Shown: positions 1 through 10,978, counted from the stretch's first letter. The stretch is DNA of 64,000 nucleotides from Nitrospirota bacterium (GCA_963710375.1 CAVPZX010000003.1:96001-160000), one strand, 5' to 3'. Numbers and translations are program-made. Notes: generated by a model from the letters alone, not told the origin.

Positions 1-42
1 TTCCTTTTTTTGAGACTGATCATCAGGAATCTTATTCTCCAA
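1..42 (-). CDS. possible 5' fragment of a gene running off the window edge
   Basis: Minus strand AAGGAG RBS then TTG start, reading MENKIPDDQSQKKE to the edge; too short to identify. Confidence 0.3.
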   Translation of the reverse strand, partial: MENKIPDDQSQKKE

Positions 43-208
43 ATACTCTTCTCCTTAACATCCAGGTTTTTCTCTTCGCTGATAATATTATTATAACTCA
101 AGGGGGCGACAAGGAGACAACACCGGCTAATTGCCCTAATTCACGGAATGTTTTTCATAGGTGTGGGTAGCTCTTTAAACAACTAATTGATTATAATATT
201 TATCTTAT

Positions 209-299
209 GGAGAGGTGCCGGAGCGGTTGAACGGGGCGGTCTCGAAAACCGTTGTGGGATTATATCTCACCCAGGGTTCGAATCCCTGCCTCTCCGCCA
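209..299 (+). tRNA. tRNA-Ser (anticodon CGA)
   Basis: GGAGAGG/CCTCTCC acceptor stem, GCGGT-CTCGAAA-ACCGT anticodon arm, long variable arm, GGTTCGAATCC T-arm, encoded CCA. Confidence 0.97.
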
Positions 300-321
300 T
301 TTTCAACTCTGACCAGGGATA

Positions 322-795
322 CTATTTCGTTCCAGCCATCACGCGCGTCCAAGTCGTTGACCCTCCTAAGAGAGGGATGCCGATGAAGCCCCTCACATTT
401 AATTGATCGGGTGAATTGAGTGTAATTCTGCCTCTGTACATCTTGCCGTTGTCCGAGTTGTATATTTTACCGTTCTCCCACAAATTATCGCCGGCGAACA
501 CAAAGTCATTAAGGATCCGTGTCCCAATCAGAGGTCTTTTTCTCAATTCAGGGTTCGGATTGTTGTGATCCAGTATCGGCGTACCCGGCGCCCCTTCTTT
601 TGAACCGGCAGGATAAACAGGTTCCTTCAGCCAGGCGATCTTGCCGCAGTATTTTGCGCCGCATTTAAAGATTTCAATTTTTGCGTCTTTTTCCTCGGTA
701 TTCCACAACCCCAGAATATCGTCCGGACCCGCGGCATAGGCAAATGCTGCGAGCAGTACGCTCGTGGAAACTATAAACGACATACACTGTCTCAT
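322..795 (-). CDS. DUF2147 family secreted protein
   Basis: Signal peptide; GLW..., CGKIAWL, D.NNPNP.LR.RPLIG, W..GKIY...GK.Y, VRGFIG...G...TWTR motifs. Confidence 0.85.
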   Translation of the reverse strand: MRQCMSFIVSTSVLLAAFAYAAGPDDILGLWNTEEKDAKIEIFKCGAKYCGKIAWLKEPVYPAGSKEGAPGTPILDHNNPNPELRKRPLIGTRILNDFVFAGDNLWENGKIYNSDNGKMYRGRITLNSPDQLNVRGFIGIPLLGGSTTWTRVMAGTK

Positions 796-1059
796 ATAAA
801 CCCAGTTGACAAGGCGTCTGATGTCCATCCCGCATTGCAAGTTGTATTAATTGAAATTATAACAGAGTCTGAATACGTTGGAAGATGGTAAAATCTTAAT
901 TGCAGAAAGCGGATTTTCATTATCCATGGGAATGAATCTGCCTCGCCTCGGCCTTCTTTCTGCCTTGACATTTTAGTTCTTTTGATTGACTTCTCCACAG
1001 ACATTGATAAACTGTAAATATACAAGTACGTGCAAGGTATTAGAAAAGGGGAGGGCTGA

Positions 1060-2278
1060 ATGGCGCATCCAAAGGTTCTTGCATTGGTTCTGGCAGGCGG
1101 GAAAGGCGAGCGGCTTTTTCCGCTTACCGTTTTTCGCTCGAAGCCGGCGGTCCCGTTCGGAGGCAGATACCGTATTGTTGACTTCGTGCTGAGCAACATG
1201 ATTAACTCTCATATCTATTCAATCTATCTCCTTGTGCAATACAAATCCCAATCCCTCATCGAGCATATCAGGAAGAACTGGAGTTTCTCCTCTGTTGTGA
1301 CTGACCATTTTATAGCAGTTGTTCCAGCCCAGATGAGTAAGGGACCAGAGTGGTTCCAGGGCACCTCCGATGCGGTTTATCAAAACATTAACCTTATAAA
1401 GGACCACCATACCGACCATGTGATCATTTTCGGCGCCGACCACATTTACAGGATGGATATAAGGCAGATGATCGACTTCCACCTGGAGAACGACGCCTAT
1501 GTTACGGTCGCTGCCCGTCCCGTACCGCTCGAACAGGCGTCGGACTTCGGAGTAATCGTGACGGACAGCGAAAAACGCATTACCGGGTTCCAGGAGAAGC
1601 CTAAAAATCCTAAACCCATGCCTGGCGATCCTTTTCGGGCCTTTGTATCCATGGGCAATTACATATTCAGAACCGATGTTCTCGGCGATGTCCTTATGAA
1701 AGCTGAGAGAAAAAGAGAACATGATTTTGGCGCCCATATCATACCCAATCTGATAGACACGGGAAAAGTTTTTGCTTATGATTTTGGGACCAATGTAATC
1801 CCAGGCACGAAACCTTACGAGGAACAGGGCTACTGGCGTGATGTCGGGTCTATAGCCTCATATTATGATGCCCACATGGATTTGCTTAGCGATACACCGT
1901 CCTTTGATACTCATAACTCCCGATGGCCGATCCATCCCTCGGCGTTCGAAGGACCTCCTACCAAGATATATGACGCCCGAATAAAGAACAGCCTCATTGC
2001 CGAAGGATCTGTTATCAAAAAAGCTAAAATACAAAATTCCATCATCCACTGCGGTGTGACTATAGAGGATGACACAGTCATAGATGGGTGCATTATTATG
2101 GACCAGGTAACCATCAACAAAGGGTGTCGCCTCCACAAGGTAATAGTGGACAAGTTAAATGTAATCAAAGTACGTGAGGCTGATTGGATTCGATCCTGAC
2201 AAAGACCGCTTCCGCTGTCATTTAGATCAGGCCTCAGGAATAGCTATCATACCGAGAGGCGGCAGGCTCGGCATCTAA
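1060..2278 (+). CDS. glgC: glucose-1-phosphate adenylyltransferase (frameshift near 2175)
   Basis: LAGGKGERLFPLT..RSKPAVPFGGRYRIVDF, WFQGTSDAV, FQEKP, YWRDVG; C-terminus IGFDPDKDRFR...GIAIIPRG continues in another frame to TAA at 2278. Confidence 0.95.
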
Positions 2279-2322
2279 CCCCGCACCTCGACCTAGTCGT
2301 TTTGAGGACAGGGGCTTTTTTC
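2279..2322 (+). terminator. probable intrinsic terminator after glgC
   Basis: CCCC..CCTC / GAGG..GGGG imperfect stem followed by T-run. Confidence 0.5.
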
Positions 2323-2403
2323 CACAAATAGTTGTGTGCTATAGTTATACAGAAAAAAACCGATAATTAATAATGCATAGTAAAAAAGCATAACGGGGAG
2401 CAG

Positions 2404-3903
2404 ATGAAAAGATTGGGAGTATTGTTTGCTGTCTTAGTCTTTTTTGGACTCACACCACTCTCATTTTCCGGCGACAAACCCTCTGTGGAAAAAAGCGCAC
2501 AACCGGCTGACCGCGAAGCGGTGCACTCCGGGCAAAGCAAAGGGGCGGACATAATGCTGCTTATCGACAGCTCCGGTAGCATGAGGAAGACCGATCCCCA
2601 TGATTACAGGAAGACGGCGGCGGAACTTTTTATATCACTTCTAAGCAGCGATGACCGCGCCGGCGTTGTGAGTTTCGGCGATTCTGCAAAGCTGCTGCTG
2701 CCGCTTACCCGTTGCAGCAAAGAAAGTTATGGTAGGTTCACAAGCGCGATAAACAAGATATCATCAAGGGAGTTTTCTACTAATATTTACGATGGCGTAA
2801 AAATGGGATTCGATGAGCTGAAAACGTCTCAAAGCAGCAAGAAAGTATTGCTCCTTTTGTCGGACGGGAAGCTTACACTCGGTTCAAAAGAGAAAGAAGC
2901 CGAGGCACTCAGCAGCCTTTCCGCATTGCTTCCTAAACTGGTGAAGTCCGGTATTACGCTCTCAACAATAGCGTTCAGCGATCAAGCAGATGCAAAGTTC
3001 CTTGATGACCTGGCAAGGGCCGGAGGGGGGTTCTTCAAACTCGCACTTACTGACCAGGACATACATATCATATTCGCGTCGATGTTCGAGAAAATCAAAT
3101 CTCCTGACGAGGTCCCTTTTGATGGAAATTCATTCAGCATTGATAAGGATATAAAAGAGGCGATAGTTTTCATAAGTAAGAAGGCCGGCACTATGACAAC
3201 ATTGGTGGACCCGTCGGGGAAGAAAAACACCCCGGCAAAATTTGGTCAGAACATACAATGGTACCAGACAAACATTTTTGATTTGATAACAGTCAGTGAC
3301 CCTGTACCTGGAAAGTGGCAAGTTAACCTGAGTACGAAACAAGGCAACAAGGTATTCGTTATAACTAATCTTAGCCTCAAAACTTCGTTCAATACTAATT
3401 TTGTGAATAAAAATGAAAAAGTGAGGGGCGATGTATGGCTTGAGAAGGATGGCGGCATACTGAAAGAAAGGGACATTCTTGATCAGGTGGTATTCTCTGC
3501 GGTCCTTGCAGGACCTGACGGCAAGTCATCTAAAATCGAGCTTCATGCCGGCGGTCAACCGCAGGGGGGAGTATTTTCTTTTGAATTTGTTGTCCCGCAA
3601 ACAGGTGATTATGCACTCACTCTTATGGCTCAGGGCAAGACATTCAAGCGCACGAAGACGATCCAGTTTAAGGCGGTGGAGCATGCGCCTGCGCCGCCGG
3701 CCGCGGAGAAGAATCCCCAGGTACCTGCATTAAATAAGAAGGCTTCAGTGCCTGTCAATACGTGGGGACCGGTCCTGATAAAGTTCGGCATTATAAACGC
3801 AGTGCTTCTTGCGGCGGCCGGAGCCCTTTTTGTGATTAAGAAAATTAAGGATGGCAGGAATAACAGGAAAACAAATAAAAAAGGGAGGGCCTCGAAAAAA
3901 TAA
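2404..3903 (+). CDS. VWA-domain protein with signal peptide and C-terminal membrane anchor
   Basis: MIDAS motif DSSGS, LLSDG, Pro/Ala linker, C-terminal TM and basic tail. Confidence 0.85.
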   Translation: MKRLGVLFAVLVFFGLTPLSFSGDKPSVEKSAQPADREAVHSGQSKGADIMLLIDSSGSMRKTDPHDYRKTAAELFISLLSSDDRAGVVSFGDSAKLLLPLTRCSKESYGRFTSAINKISSREFSTNIYDGVKMGFDELKTSQSSKKVLLLLSDGKLTLGSKEKEAEALSSLSALLPKLVKSGITLSTIAFSDQADAKFLDDLARAGGGFFKLALTDQDIHIIFASMFEKIKSPDEVPFDGNSFSIDKDIKEAIVFISKKAGTMTTLVDPSGKKNTPAKFGQNIQWYQTNIFDLITVSDPVPGKWQVNLSTKQGNKVFVITNLSLKTSFNTNFVNKNEKVRGDVWLEKDGGILKERDILDQVVFSAVLAGPDGKSSKIELHAGGQPQGGVFSFEFVVPQTGDYALTLMAQGKTFKRTKTIQFKAVEHAPAPPAAEKNPQVPALNKKASVPVNTWGPVLIKFGIINAVLLAAAGALFVIKKIKDGRNNRKTNKKGRASKK

Positions 3904-3927
3904 TGAGCGGAACGGGGCATAATGTAA

Positions 3928-4779
3928 ATGGTGAAGATTGATCCACTTTATTTTTTATTGCTGATAGAGCTTGCCCTTATATTGTTTGTGCTCGCAATCT
4001 TTCTGTTTATTAGGAACAGGAAACATAAAGACCTTTACCAGAAAACATTGAGAAAGTTAAATGACCTTAAGAGCGAAATAAGCGTGGAGACTCTTGACCG
4101 TCCTGCGTCAAGTGAATCAGCTCTTGCTGAAAACCTGCCAGAAAACCTGATGGAGCAGGAGCAGCAGCCGCTTCAGGATTCCGGCGTGGCGGAGTTTATT
4201 GAGTCCGGGCAGCCCGAGGAGAGTGAAGGCGGGGCGATGCCTGGTCAGCTCAGACGGCTGCAGCGCATGGTGAATTCTCAGAAAAGCACTATTCTGGAAC
4301 TAATGTGCTACAAGGATGTGTTTGATGGAGCCAGAAAACGGTTGGCCTTACTGCAAGAGGAAAACAACGGACTGCAGGACAAGATAAAGGACCTTATCAA
4401 GGGCGGCGCTGAAAGTGAAGGGTTTGCAGAGGTCGTGTCCTCGTTAGAAGAAAGTAACCGCGAGGTGGAAAAATTCATAACTATTATTAACAGGGAAGAT
4501 GAAAGGCTTACCGACAAGTTTCAGAGCTGGGAGGAAGAGTTTAAGCGCATCGAAGAGGATATGGAAAAGGGTCCAGATGCAGCGGCTATTGACGATTCAA
4601 AATATGCCGAGATACTTCAGGAAAAAGAAATGCTGACCGCCAGGAGTAAGGAATTCCAGGAGAAACTCGAAGAAAAGGACAAAAACCTCGAAGCCATGCA
4701 GGCCCAATACGAAGACCTCGAAAAAGAATATATGGTCCTTTACCGGCAGCAGCAGGCCCAGCAGCCCCAGGATCAATAG
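3928..4779 (+). CDS. membrane-anchored coiled-coil protein
   Basis: N-terminal TM helix then E/K/Q-rich heptads; 24 bp after the VWA gene. Confidence 0.75.
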   Translation: MVKIDPLYFLLLIELALILFVLAIFLFIRNRKHKDLYQKTLRKLNDLKSEISVETLDRPASSESALAENLPENLMEQEQQPLQDSGVAEFIESGQPEESEGGAMPGQLRRLQRMVNSQKSTILELMCYKDVFDGARKRLALLQEENNGLQDKIKDLIKGGAESEGFAEVVSSLEESNREVEKFITIINREDERLTDKFQSWEEEFKRIEEDMEKGPDAAAIDDSKYAEILQEKEMLTARSKEFQEKLEEKDKNLEAMQAQYEDLEKEYMVLYRQQQAQQPQDQ

Positions 4780-5291
4780 ATCAAAGCACCTAATAACCCT
4801 GCGCCAAGAATTACAAAAGTAGGGTCTATCCTTGTAAAGGAGATGACGGCGAAACCGGTTATGGCTATCCCGAAGGTCGGTAAGTCCACGAGGGAAGTGT
4901 GGCCCAGCGAAATGGCCACTGCGCCGAGAAGTCCGATCACCGCTGCCTTTATGCCCCTGAAGCTGGAAAACACAATTATTGAATCCTTATATGCATAATA
5001 GAATTTTGCCACCAGGGTCACAATGATAATGCATGGCAAATAAGAACTGATCATTGCCATGACCGCGCCTGAAAGCCCGTGAATTTTGTATCCGATAAAA
5101 GCGTTCATTACCGTAAGAGGCCCTGGAGTGACCTGTCCTATGGCGATTGCATCCAGAAATTCCTGATTGCTTATCCAGTGATATTTTTCGACGAATTCCT
5201 TTTGAAGCATAGGGAGCATGACAAAGCCTCCACCTATGGTTAATGCATTGACTACAACCAATATCCAGCAGAATTTAAGCAGGACCATCAT
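4773..5291 (-). CDS. short-chain chromate transporter (CHR), second half
   Basis: IGGG..M, FLDAIAIGQVTPGP motif. Confidence 0.9.
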   Translation of the reverse strand: MMVLLKFCWILVVVNALTIGGGFVMLPMLQKEFVEKYHWISNQEFLDAIAIGQVTPGPLTVMNAFIGYKIHGLSGAVMAMISSYLPCIIIVTLVAKFYYAYKDSIIVFSSFRGIKAAVIGLLGAVAISLGHTSLVDLPTFGIAITGFAVISFTRIDPTFVILGAGLLGALIY

Positions 5292-5292
5292 C

Positions 5293-5832
5293 TTATTTCC
5301 TCCGCCCATAAACGGCCAGCCCGAGTATGCCGGATGCCAGAATCAGTCCGATGGGGTTAAGCCTGAACAATGCCAGCGCAAAAAAGGACGACAGCGCGAA
5401 GATGGCTGATTTGTAATCTTTGATGGTCTTTACCGCCATTTTGTAAATGATGGAAAGTAGAAGACCAAGCACCGCGGCGCCCACCCCCTTCGTGATTGAA
5501 TGCAACAGATTATTGTCTTTGGCTTTTAAGTAGAAAATTGCGAGCATGATGGCAAGAACAGTCCCGGGGAATGACTGCCCCACAGTCGCAGTCAAAGCAC
5601 CTTTTATTTTTTTTAGCTTGTATCCGACGCAGATCCCCGTATTTACAATGGGTGGTCCCGGCGTCATCTGTCCGATAGCCACTGCTTCAATGAATTCATC
5701 TTGTGTGAGCCACTTGCGTTTTTCGACTAACTCCTTTTCAAAAAAGGCGAGCATGGAATAAACCCCTCCGAAGGAAAAGGCGCCGATTTTAAGGAAAGCT
5801 AAGAAGATTTTTTTTAAAGAAATATTCCTCAT
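5293..5832 (-). CDS. short-chain chromate transporter (CHR), first half
   Basis: FLKIGAFSFGG, EFIEAVAIGQMTPGP motif. Confidence 0.9.
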   Translation of the reverse strand: MRNISLKKIFLAFLKIGAFSFGGVYSMLAFFEKELVEKRKWLTQDEFIEAVAIGQMTPGPPIVNTGICVGYKLKKIKGALTATVGQSFPGTVLAIMLAIFYLKAKDNNLLHSITKGVGAAVLGLLLSIIYKMAVKTIKDYKSAIFALSSFFALALFRLNPIGLILASGILGLAVYGRRK

Positions 5833-5910
5833 GACCGTATCTCCTCCGAATCGATTTGCATGGCGTAATTATAACCCTTTTCCATATGGAAAAAAATGAT
5901 GGAAGGGATC

Positions 5911-6088
5911 GGCAGGAGAAGGGGAACACTTGTTTTTTGACGCGATGCACGGGTCTACTGTAACAGGGGCGAGTAACGCCGAGCCCTACCTGAGAATGGA
6001 GTCGGGTATCGCTGCTATGGAAACGTTGGGATTTGCCGACAAACGTAGTTTCAGCGCGTCGAAAAACAAGTGTTCCCCTTCTCCTGCC
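5911..6088 (+). repeat. 178-bp element with 34-bp terminal inverted repeats (structured RNA or MITE)
   Basis: 5911-5944 GGCAGGAGAAGGGGAACACTTGTTTTTTGACGCG pairs with 6055-6088 at 33/34 positions; the mismatch is G-U on the + strand. Confidence 0.8.
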
Positions 6089-6172
6089 CTCCTTAAATTG
6101 ACAAAATACCGATTAAAAACTATAATTATTTTAACGGTTTTTTAAATTTTGTGTTACAGATTGGGAGGTATT

Positions 6173-6505
6173 ATGGCTGAAGGGATTGTGGATCTTACGA
6201 GTACGGCGTGGGACAGTGAAGTTTTACAGTCGAGCGGACTGGTTATGGTTGATTTCTGGGCGGTATGGTGCGGTCCTTGCAGGATGATAGCTCCGGCTAT
6301 TGAAGAATTGGCAAAGGAATACGCCGGTAAGATAAAAGTGGGAAAGTTGAATACAGATGAAAATCCCGAGGTTGCGACCAAGTACAAGATAATGGGCATC
6401 CCTACAGTCATGTTTTTCAAAGACGGACAGAAAGTTGACCAGGTAGTGGGCGCTGTCCCCAAACCCCAGCTTAAGGCCAAAATAGACTCGCTTCTGTCAA
6501 CTTAA
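6173..6505 (+). CDS. trxA: thioredoxin
   Basis: [22 protein letters not shown]. Confidence 0.95.
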   Translation: MAEGIVDLTSTAWDSEVLQSSGLVMVDFWAVWCGPCRMIAPAIEELAKEYAGKIKVGKLNTDENPEVATKYKIMGIPTVMFFKDGQKVDQVVGAVPKPQLKAKIDSLLST

Positions 6506-7005
6506 TGAAAAGGCTTTATTATTTTTTTGTTGCAATATTTGTTGTTGTTTCGTTTTTTTCATGTTCTAGGACCGAAAAGGTGGCAACCGGCAGTGCCCCT
6601 ACCTTTGTCCTTTCCACAATCAAAAGTGACAGGCTGGCCCTCAATGATTACAGGGGCAAAGTGGTCATGGTTGAATTTTTCGCGTCGTGGTGTCCTCCAT
6701 GTCAGATGGCGGTGCCTGAACTGAAATCTCTTTATGAACAGTATAGGGGAAAGGGCTTTGTTGTGCTGGGGATAGCAATGGACGATGGGCCTACCGCATT
6801 ATCGAAAGTGAAGAGTTTTGTAAATGAATTCGGGATCCCCTATCCTGTCATGATTGACGATGGCAAAGTAAGCAGACAATACCAGGTGATCAGTATCCCG
6901 ACGAGCGTCATTATCGACAAAGTGGGTAATATCAGATATACGCATATTGGACTGGTCCCTGATTTGGCAAGCACCCTCTCAAAAGAAATACAAACTCTAT
7001 TATAA
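6505..7005 (+). CDS. TlpA/ResA-family thiol-disulfide reductase lipoprotein
   Basis: Lipobox FFSC, GKVVMVEFFASWCPPC, IPTSVIID. Confidence 0.9.
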   Translation: MKRLYYFFVAIFVVVSFFSCSRTEKVATGSAPTFVLSTIKSDRLALNDYRGKVVMVEFFASWCPPCQMAVPELKSLYEQYRGKGFVVLGIAMDDGPTALSKVKSFVNEFGIPYPVMIDDGKVSRQYQVISIPTSVIIDKVGNIRYTHIGLVPDLASTLSKEIQTLL

Positions 7006-7014
7006 AGGGAACAG

Positions 7015-8337
7015 ATGTTCGAATCGCTAAGCGACAAACTTGACGCCATATTCAAGAAATTAAAAGGTAGAGGACTCCTCAAAGAAGAAGACGTTGATGT
7101 TGCGCTTAAGGAGATACGGCTGGCCCTGCTCGAAGCCGATGTGAATTTCAAGGTAGTCAAAGACTTTGTTGATCACGTCCGAGTCAGAGCCATAGGAAAA
7201 GAGGTGCTGGAGAGCCTCTCGCCCGGACAGCAGGTAGTCAAAATAGTGCATGACTCTCTCTGTGAGCTTCTCGGCGTTTCCAATAGCCGCATACAACTTG
7301 CCCCTAATCCCCCCACTATAGTTATGATGATCGGCCTTCAGGGTTCCGGTAAGACTACAACTGCGGCCAAGCTTGCCCTTTTTTTCAAAAAAGAGGGCAG
7401 AAGGCCGCTGCTTGTTGCCGCTGATCTACAGAGACCTGCTGCAATTGACCAGCTCGCAGCACTGGGCAAGCAGATAAGCGTCCCTGTTTTTGCAACAAAA
7501 GAAACAAAAGATCCTGTGGCTGTCTGTGGCGATGCCGTCAAACAGGCAAAATTGGATGGAAGGGACGTAGTTATCCTGGATACTGCCGGTAGATTGCATA
7601 TCAATGAGGACTTGATGAACGAATTGCTGCGGGTAAAGCGCACTGTCAATCCCCGCGAAGTTCTGCTGGTTGCAGATTCCATGACGGGTCAGGATGCCGT
7701 TAACATGGCAAAGAGTTTCAATGAACAGATCGGCATAGATGGCATTATTCTCACCAAGATGGATGGTGATGCCAGGGGCGGCGCTGCGCTTTCGATCAGA
7801 AGCGTTACCGGCAAGCCTATAAAATTTATAGGCTCAGGTGAGAAAATAGATATGCTTGAGCCTTTCTTTCCCGACCGGATTGCCGGCAGAATACTCGGCA
7901 TGGGTGACGTGCTCACACTCATAGAACAGGCCCAGCAGTCCATTGACCAAAAAGAGGCTGAGAGGCTTCAAAAACAGATCATGGAGGAAAGTTTTACGTT
8001 TGAAGACCTGAGGGACCAGCTCAAGAAACTGCGCAGCATGGGCCCGCTCGAAAACCTGCTTGGAATGATTCCGGGAATGAACAAGGCCATGAAGAACGTG
8101 AAGGTGGACGAGAAGGAATTTGTCAAAATAGAAGCCATCATTAATTCAATGACTCCAAAGGAAAGGCGCAACCACAACATCATTAACGGCAGCAGGAGAA
8201 AGCGGATCGCTGCCGGCAGCGGCACAACAACGGCAGATATAAACCGGCTTGTCAAACAATACCTCGAGATGAAGAAGATGATGAAAATGTTTAAAGGGAA
8301 TAAGGGTTTCAGGCTGCCGAAAGGATTTTCTTTTTAA
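7015..8337 (+). CDS. ffh: signal recognition particle protein
   Basis: [26 protein letters not shown]-domain [11 protein letters not shown]. Confidence 0.98.
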   Translation: MFESLSDKLDAIFKKLKGRGLLKEEDVDVALKEIRLALLEADVNFKVVKDFVDHVRVRAIGKEVLESLSPGQQVVKIVHDSLCELLGVSNSRIQLAPNPPTIVMMIGLQGSGKTTTAAKLALFFKKEGRRPLLVAADLQRPAAIDQLAALGKQISVPVFATKETKDPVAVCGDAVKQAKLDGRDVVILDTAGRLHINEDLMNELLRVKRTVNPREVLLVADSMTGQDAVNMAKSFNEQIGIDGIILTKMDGDARGGAALSIRSVTGKPIKFIGSGEKIDMLEPFFPDRIAGRILGMGDVLTLIEQAQQSIDQKEAERLQKQIMEESFTFEDLRDQLKKLRSMGPLENLLGMIPGMNKAMKNVKVDEKEFVKIEAIINSMTPKERRNHNIINGSRRKRIAAGSGTTTADINRLVKQYLEMKKMMKMFKGNKGFRLPKGFSF

Positions 8338-8463
8338 TTTTTGCCTTGCATACAGGGTCTTGAATATATTAAACTATTCAGTTCTGATAAGGATGTTTTG
8401 ATTCTTTGAGTTATAATTAGTGAAATTCTTAATAGAGTTTTTTATCAATGCGGGAGGTGAAAT

Positions 8464-8700
8464 TTGGTTAAGATCAGGTTGACAAGGATGGGGGCCCATA
8501 AGAAACCGTTTTATAGAATTATTGTGGCTGACAGCAGGGCGAGAAGAGACGGCCCCTTTGTTGAGGTTATAGGCACCTACGATCCAAAGAAAGAGCCATC
8601 TGAAATAAAGGTCAATTTGGAGCGCGCAAAACACTGGATTGAACTTGGCGCACAACCTACGGATACCGTGAGGAAACTATTACAAAGAGCCGGCATGTAG
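8464..8700 (+). CDS. rpsP: 30S ribosomal protein S16
   Basis: [28 protein letters not shown] start after GGAGGT. Confidence 0.97.
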   Translation: MVKIRLTRMGAHKKPFYRIIVADSRARRDGPFVEVIGTYDPKKEPSEIKVNLERAKHWIELGAQPTDTVRKLLQRAGM

Positions 8701-8773
8701 AACCGGAGTTTCCCAAACTTAATGTTTTTTGGGGGGAAGTGCTAAACCAATTTGCCAATTTGGAGGTGGAGAG

Positions 8774-9004
8774 ATGAAGACATTGATTGAGACGATGGCT
8801 AAGGCACTGGTTGATAAGCCTGAAGATGTTAAGGTGACTGAAATTGAGGGTGAGAAGACCACGGTATATGAACTCAGAGTATTTCAGACAGATCTTGGCA
8901 AGGTAATCGGCAAGCAGGGGAAAACCGCTCGTGCAATGAGGACGATTCTGGGAGCCGCCGGGACAAAAATTGGTAAACGGTGTGTCCTTGAGATATTAGA
9001 ATAG
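8774..9004 (+). CDS. khpA: KH-domain RNA-binding protein
   Basis: [18 protein letters not shown]; canonical position after rpsP. Confidence 0.92.
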   Translation: MKTLIETMAKALVDKPEDVKVTEIEGEKTTVYELRVFQTDLGKVIGKQGKTARAMRTILGAAGTKIGKRCVLEILE

Positions 9005-9007
9005 AAC

Positions 9008-9145
9008 AAGGCTAAGGTTAAGGTTAAGGTTGAGACAAAAAAAATAGGACGTAGATATTAATACTTTCAATCTTAGCCTTGCCGCTGCCGACTTTGGTAG
9101 TTTTCATCTGAGCCTTAACCTTAACCTCGACCTTAACCTTTACCT
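9008..9145. repeat. inverted (AAGGTT)n / (AACCTT)n hexamer array
   Basis: AAGGCTAAGGTTAAGGTTAAGGTTGAG ... CCTTAACCTTAACCTCGACCTTAACCTT. Confidence 0.85.
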
Positions 9146-9153
9146 CCTTTAAA

Positions 9154-9945
9154 ATGAGTGCAAGATTTGATATAATTACTATCTTTCCCGAAATGTTTTC
9201 CGCCTATTTGGGAGAAAGTATTCTAAAAAGGGCGATACAAAAGGGATTGCTTGATGTAAAGTTATTCAACATCAGGGACTTTACGAGCGACAGGCACAGG
9301 ACTGTCGATGATGCCCCTTATGGGGGCGGCTCAGGCATGATTATGAAGATAGAGCCTATATACGACGCACTTAACTCGATCAAGGCTGATGGCCATGATC
9401 GATTGACTGTACTAATGAGTCCTCAGGGCAAACAGTATACGCAGCGCATGGCAGAGTCATTAGCTCAGGATTCCAGGAGGATAGTCTTTATCTGCGGTAG
9501 ATATGAGGGGATCGATGAGCGGGTCCGGCAATCCCTGGTCGATGAAGAGATTTCGATCGGTGATTATGTTTTAACTGGAGGAGAGTTGGCTGCATTGGTT
9601 ATAATAGACAGCATCGCAAGGCTTGTCCCTGGCGTGCTGGGTGACGAGAATTCAGCGAGGGAAGAATCTTTTTCCTGGGGCCTTCTGGATTACCCGCATT
9701 ATACAAGGCCGCCGGAGTTTATGGGCATGAAGGTTCCCGACGTGCTTCTTTCAGGCAACCATAAGGAAATATGGAGAAGCAGGAGAAGGGAAGCAATAAG
9801 ACTAACGCTGCTCAAAAGACCTGATCTTATCGAAAAGGCGTCTTTGAGCAGTGAAGATACGGAGATATTAAACGAGCTTTGCTCAGATGGATATGTGGTT
9901 AACAGCAGCAGGGAGGAAGAAGATGAATCAGATACACGCAGTTGA
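9154..9945 (+). CDS. trmD: tRNA (guanine37-N1)-methyltransferase
   Basis: [40 protein letters not shown]. Confidence 0.97.
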   Translation: MSARFDIITIFPEMFSAYLGESILKRAIQKGLLDVKLFNIRDFTSDRHRTVDDAPYGGGSGMIMKIEPIYDALNSIKADGHDRLTVLMSPQGKQYTQRMAESLAQDSRRIVFICGRYEGIDERVRQSLVDEEISIGDYVLTGGELAALVIIDSIARLVPGVLGDENSAREESFSWGLLDYPHYTRPPEFMGMKVPDVLLSGNHKEIWRSRRREAIRLTLLKRPDLIEKASLSSEDTEILNELCSDGYVVNSSREEEDESDTRS

Positions 9946-10273
9946 AGAAGGCTTTAGAAGGGAGGTCCCGGCCTTTAATATCGGAGACACTGTCAGGATA
10001 TATGTCAAGGTTGTGGAAGGGGACAAAGAGCGTCTCCAGCCCTTCGAGGGAATAGTGATTGCCCGTAAGGGGAGCGGAGTACGGGAAACCTTTATGGTCC
10101 GGAAGATGTCTTTCGGAGTGGGTGTGGAGAGGATATTCCCTGTGCATTCGCCTTCCATTGACAAGATTGAGACTATAAAACGTGGCAGGGTCAGGAGGGC
10201 GAAGCTGTATTACATCAGAGGGAAAAAAGGCAAAGAGGCCAAGATCAAGGAAAAATCCAGAGAAGCAAAGTAG
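9923..10273 (+). CDS. rplS: 50S ribosomal protein L19
   Basis: GDTV...[34 protein letters not shown]. Confidence 0.97.
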   Translation: MNQIHAVEEGFRREVPAFNIGDTVRIYVKVVEGDKERLQPFEGIVIARKGSGVRETFMVRKMSFGVGVERIFPVHSPSIDKIETIKRGRVRRAKLYYIRGKKGKEAKIKEKSREAK

Positions 10274-10293
10274 GGGTTTGCAGGGTTGTTTCT

Positions 10294-10974
10294 ATGCATA
10301 TCGAGCTCGTTCTTCTTGTCACTGAGTCGGTGCTGCTGCTTTTCACAATCGTTCTTCTTCTGTACAGCATCAGGGAGGGGAAGACGAGAAAGGCGATTAT
10401 CATGGAAGTCGGCAGGGCGTCGAAAATACTGACAAGACAGGAATATTTCATTGCAGTTACAGATTCCATGATGGATGCAAAAGAAGAAGTGGTTGGCTGT
10501 ATTACCGGAAGGATCCCCACGCAGGAAGATCAGAAGAGGACCAACGACATTATCAACAGAATCGAAAAATTAGTCACTGGCGGGGTGCGTATAAAATATA
10601 TGATGCCGAAATACCCGGACAGGCTTCACATAGGATCTCTGTACTCAAAAGCCGGAGCAGAGGTCAAATACAGCACCTGTCTTGCCGTGCACGATACAAG
10701 GTACATAGTAGTTGATGATTTGTTGTCAGTTATCGGGATAGCGGAAGGAGAGGGTGAAAAAGAGTCAACTAAAAAGGGGTACAGGATACCCTCTGAAGGA
10801 ATTGCAGAAATATTTAAAGAATTCTTTTATCGTTGCTGGGAGAGCAGCACAAACTACGAAGATTATGTAAGGGAAGTGCTGCAACAGACCGGCGCATCGC
10901 CGAAACATCTTGCACGTGAATTCCATATGGATGAAAGAGAATTGGAAAGAATCGGTAAGCGTTTCAATTCATAA
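10294..10974 (+). CDS. hypothetical membrane-anchored protein (possible TrmB/PLD-like fold)
   Basis: N-terminal TM; HDTRYIVVDD resembles a degenerate HxK motif. Confidence 0.6.
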   Translation: MHIELVLLVTESVLLLFTIVLLLYSIREGKTRKAIIMEVGRASKILTRQEYFIAVTDSMMDAKEEVVGCITGRIPTQEDQKRTNDIINRIEKLVTGGVRIKYMMPKYPDRLHIGSLYSKAGAEVKYSTCLAVHDTRYIVVDDLLSVIGIAEGEGEKESTKKGYRIPSEGIAEIFKEFFYRCWESSTNYEDYVREVLQQTGASPKHLAREFHMDERELERIGKRFNS

Positions 10975-10978
10975 ATAC

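Noticed and set aside
209..299. tRNA as an integration site for an island or prophage
   Set aside because: No integrase and no duplicated tRNA 3' end seen in the window
215..406. 63-aa ORF
   Set aside because: Overlaps tRNA-Ser and the DUF2147 gene; shadow ORF
9008..9145. Short repeats as a CRISPR array
   Set aside because: 6-7-nt tandem units without unique spacers; no cas genes in the window
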